A DNA stretch of 12,550 bases from Nanopusillaceae archaeon. Its GTDB lineage: Archaea; Nanobdellota; Nanobdellia; Nanobdellales; Nanobdellaceae. Below are positions 7,256 through 12,550 of this stretch, one piece after another. Within the stretch, counting starts at the first letter, position 1. Every line of letters begins with the position of its first letter. Where the stretch lies: positions 1 through 12,550 of the forward strand of contig JBMFJL010000012.1 in NCBI GenBank assembly GCA_049973735.1, read 5' to 3'. The notes beneath the pieces were generated by a model, which did no database searches, had not been told where the DNA came from, and was given only the letters and a program-made list of their open reading frames with translations. Both the position numbers and the translations under genes were made by a program.

Positions 7256-7424
7256 TTAACGTTAAAGTGTTAAACTATTATGTTAAACCAATGTTAAGCA
7301 AAAATTAATATATGATAAAGTAATGTTAAGATGTTAAATCATTGAGTTAAATAATTATTAAATCGATGTTAAACTTATAAGTCTTACGTTAAAGTGTTAA
7401 TGAGTAAAGTTAAATAAATGTTAA
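7256..7424 (+). repeat. Phased GTTAA iteron-like array (12 copies, three ~40-bp super-repeats)
   Basis: GTTAA starts at 7261, 7269, 7282, 7293, 7325, 7333, 7346, 7368, 7388, 7396, 7409 and 7420, all in the same orientation, with a degenerate ATTAA at 7357. The spacing pattern 8-13-11 recurs. The 15-mer ACGTTAAAGTGTTAA is exactly duplicated at 7259-7273 and 7386-7400, and a 12/15 copy lies at 7323-7337. A perfect palindrome TTAACGTTAA lies at 7256-7265. Confidence 0.85.
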
Positions 7425-7425
7425 A

Positions 7426-9195
7426 CTAGAGTAAATAATATCTTAACTTTGCATCCAGGGATTTTAATAGTTTCACATCATCAACAATTACTATAGATAA
7501 ACCCTTTGTTATACCTCCGGCATACAATCTAGAGCTCCTACCAGAACCTTGTAAGTAAGTCTTAAAATCTACAATATTTAAAATTAGATTGCCATTTTCT
7601 TCAGTTATAGATACCTCAGGATCATTTTTAAGCTTTTCAACCATATCCTTATTTTTTAAATGGTGTGAAATAGTGTTATATAAATCTAATAGATTATCTA
7701 ATAAATATTTGTTAAAACCTTCCACATTTTTATCTTCAGATTTGAATATTTCAGACAAAAATCTTATAGCATCTGGAGACAATTTTTTTAGATTTCTTTT
7801 TAGATTTTCTATTTTCCTAAGTAAAATATTTTTTTCTGTGTCTGTAAGATTATTTGCAATCAAAGTGCCCAGTATAATAATGTTTGAAATGTTTTTATCT
7901 AAGTTGCTTATATTTATCCTAATCTTTGGTATTCCGACAAAGATTACATATTTTATCCTTTCTGGTATATCTATACCTCTAATAAGTATACCATAAACGT
8001 CTGCAATCCCAATTAATATATTTATCTCTTTATTAATGAATTTCTTTATAATCTCTTCTATATCCTTAGATTTTGAGGTTACAACTTCAGATTTTATATT
8101 ATTATTTTTTAAAAAATCATTCAATTCACTTGCGTAATTTATTCCTTTTTCTTTACTAACAAAAATAATTATACCATCTTCCAATTTTTTAACTATATCT
8201 AATATTTGTTCTTTTAGATCCTTATTTTTATCTGGAATATAATAAACATCTAAAATATTTCTTAACTTAGAAGTTCCCGTACCGATTGTAAAATTTGCAA
8301 GTTCTTTGTACAATTTTATTCTTTTACCTCTCAAACTACCTGTTGCTGAAGATAAAACAATTATACCATGTTCTTTATTCCTTATTTCTAAAAATTTTTT
8401 ATATATATCGCTATTAAAATCTAATTTTCCAGAAGATTTTAAGTCTATTATTTTTTTTGCTATATTAATATCTTCTTCTGTAAATCCAGATAATATAAAA
8501 ATTCTTTCTATATTTTTAGATCCTTTAAAGAAAGAATCTACATCATCTATAAATATTATATCAAATCTTTTATCTTTTAATAAATCAAAGTTTTTTGATA
8601 GAAATTGGTTAGATATGACTAAAATATTATAATCTCCCTCTTTTATTTTCTCTTTTTGTTCTTTTTTATCTTTTCCATAATACCCTTGTACTTTTACATT
8701 GATATTTAGTTTGTCTATAAATTCGTTAAGTCTATTTAATGTTTGTTTTACTAATAATCTTGTAGGTAATATTATCAATATTTTTTTATTAAATTTATGT
8801 GAAAAATAAATAGAACTTAATATTATGAAAGTAGATTTGCCAATACCTGTTGGTGCAATCATAGAAAAACTAATATTTTTGTATAATCTTTTGAACCAGG
8901 TTATTTGTATCTGCCATGGATAATTATTCAAAGCCTTTTTAAAGAATTCTTTAAATTCTTCTGTTTCTTTGTATATATTGTATATTTTTTCAAATTCTTT
9001 TAATTTATTTTTCTCCTTTAATTTAACATATAATTTATCTAAAAAATCCTTTTGATTTTTTATTTTTATTAACTCTTCAACATCTTTTTCATCAAGATCA
9101 TTTTCACAAGGTAAGTTATTAATCAATCTATCAGAACTAATTTCATTACCGCAATTGAAGCATAAATTTTTTAATCTTAAATGGATATTTTCCAT
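7426..9195 (-). CDS. rgy: Reverse gyrase, helicase-domain subunit only (split reverse gyrase, N-terminal half)
   Basis: 589 aa. Motifs seen: N-terminal zinc-finger-like CFNCGNEISSDRLINNLPCEND, SF2 motif I APTGIGKST, motif II FIDDVD, motif III SSATG, and motif VI QGSGRSSRLYAGGITKGLSIVIVDD, which is characteristic of reverse gyrase. The ORF stops about 25 aa after motif VI. No Toprim or topoisomerase IA module follows; downstream are the repeat array and tmcA. Confidence 0.85.
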   Translation of the reverse strand: MENIHLRLKNLCFNCGNEISSDRLINNLPCENDLDEKDVEELIKIKNQKDFLDKLYVKLKEKNKLKEFEKIYNIYKETEEFKEFFKKALNNYPWQIQITWFKRLYKNISFSMIAPTGIGKSTFIILSSIYFSHKFNKKILIILPTRLLVKQTLNRLNEFIDKLNINVKVQGYYGKDKKEQKEKIKEGDYNILVISNQFLSKNFDLLKDKRFDIIFIDDVDSFFKGSKNIERIFILSGFTEEDINIAKKIIDLKSSGKLDFNSDIYKKFLEIRNKEHGIIVLSSATGSLRGKRIKLYKELANFTIGTGTSKLRNILDVYYIPDKNKDLKEQILDIVKKLEDGIIIFVSKEKGINYASELNDFLKNNNIKSEVVTSKSKDIEEIIKKFINKEINILIGIADVYGILIRGIDIPERIKYVIFVGIPKIRINISNLDKNISNIIILGTLIANNLTDTEKNILLRKIENLKRNLKKLSPDAIRFLSEIFKSEDKNVEGFNKYLLDNLLDLYNTISHHLKNKDMVEKLKNDPEVSITEENGNLILNIVDFKTYLQGSGRSSRLYAGGITKGLSIVIVDDVKLLKSLDAKLRYYLL

Positions 9196-9236
9196 AAAAT
9201 TCTTATTTTAAAAATTAATTTATAAACTATTTTATT
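9196..9236. promoter_or_regulatory. 41-bp divergent promoter region (rgy helicase half <-> GINS)
   Basis: The minus strand reads TTTATAAATT (9219-9228), 24-33 nt upstream of the rgy ATG at 9195. The plus strand reads TTTTAAAAA (9206-9214), 23-31 nt upstream of the ATG at 9237. There is no room for 5' UTRs. Confidence 0.4.
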
Positions 9237-9836
9237 ATGGATCCTTCTGAAATATTCTCATATTTTCAAAAGGAAAAAGAAAGAAAAAACTTAGAAAAAA
9301 TCCCAAAAGACTTTTATTATAAAATATTGGATTTTATGAAAAAAAATAAAAAGCAACTAGAAGTTTACAAATCAGATACTAAGGAGTATATGGAATTGGT
9401 CAGAAATATAGAAAATATAAAAGATACTATATTTACTTTAATAATGATAAGATTATCGAAAATAATAAGTATGGTTCAATTAGAAATAAAAGAAAATTTG
9501 AATATAGTCGATCAAAATAATTTAACAGAAGAAGAAAAAGTATTTTATAACATATTTAAATCACTATTGAAATCTTATAAAGAAAATATAATAAATAAAA
9601 TATTAAACGGAGAAGAAATATTGATAGATAGAATATATGAAGATATTTCGAAGAACGTTGTTGTTAGTGCTCCAAAGATTGACAAAAACGTAATTCTTAT
9701 AAAAAATGAATTGCCAAAGATAATAGGTCCAAATGGAAAGGTTTATGGACCGTTTAAATCTGGCGATATATTAATTGTGAATAAATCTTTTGCTGAAAAA
9801 ATAGAAAGTATAAAAGCAGGAACAAAGATATTGTAA
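9237..9836 (+). CDS. GINS complex subunit, Gins51 (Gins15)-type
   Basis: 199 aa. The N-terminal helical region (LEKIPKDFYYKILDFMKK..., IRLSKII, LTEEEKVFYNIF) and the C-terminal small beta domain (LPKIIGPNGKVYGPFKSGDILIVNKSFAEKIESIKAGTKI) resemble archaeal Gins51 A-then-B domain order as I recall it. No search was run. Confidence 0.55.
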   Translation: MDPSEIFSYFQKEKERKNLEKIPKDFYYKILDFMKKNKKQLEVYKSDTKEYMELVRNIENIKDTIFTLIMIRLSKIISMVQLEIKENLNIVDQNNLTEEEKVFYNIFKSLLKSYKENIINKILNGEEILIDRIYEDISKNVVVSAPKIDKNVILIKNELPKIIGPNGKVYGPFKSGDILIVNKSFAEKIESIKAGTKIL

Positions 9837-9838
9837 AG

Positions 9839-9847
9839 TTTATAAAA
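9839..9847 (+). promoter_or_regulatory. Putative TATA box of the L44e operon
   Basis: TTTATAAAA lies at -22 to -30 from the ATG at 9869, 3 nt after the GINS stop. Confidence 0.35.
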
Positions 9848-9868
9848 TTAATAAAGATATATGGAAGA

Positions 9869-10180
9869 ATGAAAATTCCAAAGGAAGTCAATAAATATTG
9901 TCCATATTGTAGGAGGGTTACACAACATAAGGTAATCATAGTAAAGAAAAAGGCGCAAAGAACCGGGTTATCATGGGGAGCCAGGAGGGGAAGAGAAGGA
10001 AAAAAAGGAATTGGAAACAAAGGAAAGTATAGTAAAAGACCTATTGCAGAAAGAAAAAGAGGAATCTTTAAATCTGCTAAGGGCGTAGATTTAAGATTAG
10101 AATGTTCTGTATGTAAGAGACAACATGTTTGGACAATAAAGGGCAGATATAAGAAAGTAGAATTATCTACAGCTATATAA
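9869..10180 (+). CDS. rpl44e: Large-subunit ribosomal protein L44e (eL42)
   Basis: 103 aa. It has MKIPKEVNKYCPYCRRVTQHKV ... LECSVCKRQH, a CxxC...CxxC zinc ribbon, and a highly basic middle region. This is a typical L44e pattern. Confidence 0.9.
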   Translation: MKIPKEVNKYCPYCRRVTQHKVIIVKKKAQRTGLSWGARRGREGKKGIGNKGKYSKRPIAERKRGIFKSAKGVDLRLECSVCKRQHVWTIKGRYKKVELSTAI

Positions 10181-10677
10181 TGAAGGCAAAATTATTTTTT
10201 GAAGCTTTTAGTAATGATAAAGATAAGTTGAAAGAAATCCTTGAAGAAGTTGTATATAAAAATGTATCTCAGTTTAAAAATTTTACAATAATTGATAAAA
10301 AGGTTGCGGATCCAATAGAAAAAGAAATAGCTACTCCAGATAAGAAAACAATAAAAGGTTGGTCTTCTTACTTAGAAATAAGAGCAGATTTTAATGATTT
10401 TGAATCTTTGTTAGACTTTGTTTTATCATATACGCCTTCAAAAATAGAGTTAGAGGATATTAAAGAAATGAGGGTAATTACAAAGGAAGGAGAATATAAG
10501 TATAACAAAATGAAGGTTGAAATGATGTTTCAACAAATATCCCAAGCAATAATAACAAAAATAGCAACGTTTGCAAATGTTTATTTAGCACAAATGAGAA
10601 AGCCACCTCAAGAACAACAGAATACACAAAAGCCTAATTTAAATTTAAAAATACCAAAAGAAGATCAGCCAAAGTAG
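10180..10677 (+). CDS. Hypothetical protein (165 aa), translationally coupled to L44e
   Basis: The ATG overlaps the L44e stop (TAATG at 10178-10182). It has no Cys. Its pattern alternates in a beta-alpha-beta-like way, and it ends in a Q/P/K-rich tail (KPPQEQQNTQKPNLNLKIPKEDQPK). I recognise no family. Confidence 0.55.
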   Translation: MKAKLFFEAFSNDKDKLKEILEEVVYKNVSQFKNFTIIDKKVADPIEKEIATPDKKTIKGWSSYLEIRADFNDFESLLDFVLSYTPSKIELEDIKEMRVITKEGEYKYNKMKVEMMFQQISQAIITKIATFANVYLAQMRKPPQEQQNTQKPNLNLKIPKEDQPK

Positions 10678-11468
10678 AAATATTCGTTTCTCCTTTGTTC
10701 TTCTTTTTGTTTTTCTAGTTCCTTTATTTTGTTTATGTCTCTTGTTATTTCTTCTCTAACTTTTTTACCCATATCTTCAAGATCTTTTAAGTCAATATTA
10801 AAATCATAGATCTTTGACAATATTTCAATAGCTTTTTTAGCTCCTAAATATCCATTTATTTGTGGTGTTGGATATGTTTCTATTAGTAAGGCATATGCTG
10901 GCTTTTTATATAATGTAGAAAAATATAATGTCAATCCACTCATACCAATTATATTACTATTCTTCATCAAATTTATCTCTCCTAACTTATTTTTTATTTT
11001 ATCTATATTATAATATTTGTTAAAGCTGAAGAAATAGTTTGGATCATCAGATTCTACTGTCATTGCCATATTATAATAACCACCCAGGATAACATACTCT
11101 TGGATATTATATCTCGTTAATATCTTGAACAGTTTATTTGTAAATTTATATCTAAGATATAAAGAAAATCCAGGATCTTCTAATATAGATATTTGAAAAT
11201 CACCATAAAGTATTATAAAATCGTATTCGTTAATTTTTGTTTTATATAACTTATAAGAAATATTGTCTTTAATCATTCCATTTTTGTCGATATAAACGAT
11301 GTCTGGAAAAAAATCTGTTATAATTCTACCAATTATTTTTGCATTAGTACTATCTTTTATTTTTTTACCAACTATTTTAGCCAGATTTCCATATCCTCCT
11401 CCCAAAGAATATAAAAATATACCATTTTTAATATTTTTCAATTCTTCCTTATTTATAATGAATTCCAT
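10665..11468 (-). CDS. PAC2-family proteasome assembly chaperone-like protein (COG1938 type)
   Basis: The position immediately downstream of aIF2-alpha and Nop10 matches the conserved archaeal neighbourhood. The N-terminal GIFLYSLGGGYGNLAKIVG ... FPDIVYIDKNGMI ... FIILYGDFQ resembles PAC2 family motifs. The ORF-track start at 11483 is a TTG that overlaps nop10. I prefer the ATG at 11468 (MEFIINK...). Confidence 0.65.
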   Translation of the reverse strand: MEFIINKEELKNIKNGIFLYSLGGGYGNLAKIVGKKIKDSTNAKIIGRIITDFFPDIVYIDKNGMIKDNISYKLYKTKINEYDFIILYGDFQISILEDPGFSLYLRYKFTNKLFKILTRYNIQEYVILGGYYNMAMTVESDDPNYFFSFNKYYNIDKIKNKLGEINLMKNSNIIGMSGLTLYFSTLYKKPAYALLIETYPTPQINGYLGAKKAIEILSKIYDFNIDLKDLEDMGKKVREEITRDINKIKELEKQKEEQRRNEYFYFG

Positions 11469-11473
11469 ATATA

Positions 11474-11650
11474 TTATAACCAACCAAGTTCATATAAAAT
11501 TTTTCTTTTTATTTTTCTTCTATAATCTCCCCATTTATCATCAGGAGAAAATTTTGGAGGAATGACTCTAACAGTTTTATTATTACATTTTGGACATATT
11601 TCTTTGAAAGTATATGTTTTACAGTTTTTACACTTTCTAATTTCCTTCAT
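11474..11650 (-). CDS. nop10: H/ACA RNP subunit Nop10
   Basis: Not in the ORF track because it is too short. Manual translation gives MKEIRKCKNCKTYTFKEICPKCNNKTVRVIPPKFSPDDKWGDYRRKIKRKILYELGWL (58 aa). The CxxC...CPxC zinc ribbon, PPKFSPDD and YRR are the Nop10 signature. Its position after aIF2-alpha is the conserved one. Confidence 0.85.
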   Translation of the reverse strand: MKEIRKCKNCKTYTFKEICPKCNNKTVRVIPPKFSPDDKWGDYRRKIKRKILYELGWL

Positions 11651-12413
11651 TTTTCTTTATCTCATATATTATATTATATTTTTTCGCTGCTTGTTCTATA
11701 GTTTGTAATAATTTCTTCTCCATATTTTGTAAATCTTTAGGACTATAAGAAGTATATCTTATAGAATATCTTGGAGACCCTAGATACTTTATCTCTAGAT
11801 TTAAATTCTTTATCTCCATTAAAAAATTCTTTAGCTTTAATATACCATCACCCTCAATATTATAGGCCTCTAATATATATTCAAATCTATACTTTGTTGG
11901 ATTTAGATTTTCTATTATATATTCATATAATTTATTAATGTATTTCTTTTTTATTTTATACTTTTCTAGTACTTCTTTTCCATTTATATAAGCATCCAAG
12001 AATACTTTGTACAATTTTTCTTCAGGAACTATTTTAAATACAATCTCTTTTTCTAATTCTTTAATATCTATATTTTCTCTTTCGCTCATTATTTTAATAA
12101 CATTGTATGCCGATATTTCCCTTTTGTATTCTAAAATTTTTGCTTTTTGTTTGTTTTTATCTACCCTCTTTAAAGATAGCACTGCAAGTCTATTATCTTT
12201 ATCTATATCTAATACCATACAAACTATTTTTTCATTTTCTTTTACAATAATTCTCGGATTGGTTACTCTTTTGTTTGATAATTCGTCAATTGGTATTATG
12301 CCTTTGAAGTTCTCAAATTCATCTAGCGATACTTTTACAGACATATCTGAAATTTCTTTAACAGTGCATATAACTAGATCATTTTCTTTAGGATAGTCTA
12401 CTCTTTTATACAT
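11637..12413 (-). CDS. eif2a: Translation initiation factor aIF2 alpha subunit
   Basis: 258 aa. The N-terminal S1/OB domain (YPKENDLVICTVKEISDMSVKVSLDEFENFKGIIPIDELS) is followed by helical and alpha-beta domains of the right length. Its neighbourhood with nop10 and PAC2 supports the call. Confidence 0.85.
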   Translation of the reverse strand: MYKRVDYPKENDLVICTVKEISDMSVKVSLDEFENFKGIIPIDELSNKRVTNPRIIVKENEKIVCMVLDIDKDNRLAVLSLKRVDKNKQKAKILEYKREISAYNVIKIMSERENIDIKELEKEIVFKIVPEEKLYKVFLDAYINGKEVLEKYKIKKKYINKLYEYIIENLNPTKYRFEYILEAYNIEGDGILKLKNFLMEIKNLNLEIKYLGSPRYSIRYTSYSPKDLQNMEKKLLQTIEQAAKKYNIIYEIKKNEGN

Positions 12414-12432
12414 AAAGATACAAATTGTGGAA

Positions 12433-12443
12433 TATTTTTTAAA
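12433..12443 (-). promoter_or_regulatory. Putative TATA box of the aIF2alpha-nop10-PAC2 operon
   Basis: The minus strand reads TTTAAAAAATA at -20 to -30 from the ATG at 12413. Confidence 0.35.
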
Positions 12444-12550
12444 TCATTTAATATATGAAGGTACTTTCTACTACTGAAAGACTAGCTATTTTATTGTACT
12501 TTTATTGGTATAGATGTTTGATATACTGATACACACGTATATGAAAGGGT

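Noticed and set aside
7256-7424. Possible CRISPR array or mini-CRISPR.
   Set aside because: The repeat units are 5-15 bp with 3-27 bp irregular gaps. They are not 24-40 bp repeats separated by unique spacers of similar size. No cas genes or leader are nearby.
7218-7425. A small protein or micro-ORFs encoded in the repeat region, since several ATGTTAA... units begin with ATG.
   Set aside because: Every ATG runs into a stop within 2-5 codons on the plus strand. The only minus-strand ATG (7342-7340) gives ATG ATT TAA. The ATGs appear to be part of the DNA motif, not coding.
11469-11483. ORF-track start of the PAC2 gene at 11483 (MVIIYMEF...).
   Set aside because: That codon is TTG and would overlap the nop10 coding end by 10 nt. 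The ATG at 11468 gives a clean 5-nt gap after the nop10 stop.
12455-12532. C/D-box sRNA-like pieces: AUGAAGG, then 12 nt, then CUGA, and later UGAUAUACUGA.
   Set aside because: The C box matches only 5/7. No C' box lies at the expected distance. The second UGAUAU is directly fused to CUGA with no guide spacer, and no terminal stem is present.
12541-12550. ATGAAAGGGT at the right window edge, which would start another MKG... (class-III-signal-like) protein on the plus strand.
   Set aside because: Only three codons are visible and no convincing TATA lies at the expected distance. It cannot be evaluated from this window.

Overview
This is a very AT-rich (about three quarters A+T by eye, not computed), extremely gene-dense archaeal chromosome segment. 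Intergenic DNA is almost absent, several genes overlap, and TATA-like boxes sit about 20-32 nt upstream of start codons, which suggests leaderless mRNAs. The content is mostly informational and housekeeping. It includes a SufB-SufS Fe-S pair, the RNA cytidine acetyltransferase TmcA, a GINS subunit, ribosomal protein L44e, aIF2-alpha, Nop10 (missed by the ORF track), a PAC2-family proteasome-assembly chaperone and an intact tRNA-Glu(UUC). It also includes a reverse gyrase gene that stops right after the helicase module, i.e. a split reverse gyrase. The split reverse gyrase, the all-G:C tRNA stems in AT-rich DNA and the degree of compaction suggest a hyperthermophilic, reduced-genome archaeon of the Nanoarchaeota type; this is inference. 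The left ~1.85 kb is different in character. It holds a minus-strand cluster of an archaellin-like protein, a second protein with the same MKGQ class-III (prepilin-type) signal, and a Sec-secreted Ser/Thr-rich protein, all with very few charged residues. The most unusual non-coding signal is the only sizeable intergenic region (7218-7425). It holds 12 same-orientation GTTAA motifs arranged as three ~40-bp super-repeats spaced 63-64 bp apart. I see no mobile elements, CRISPR arrays, rRNA or obvious defence or toxin systems. Functional calls rest on motif recognition by eye, not on database searches.
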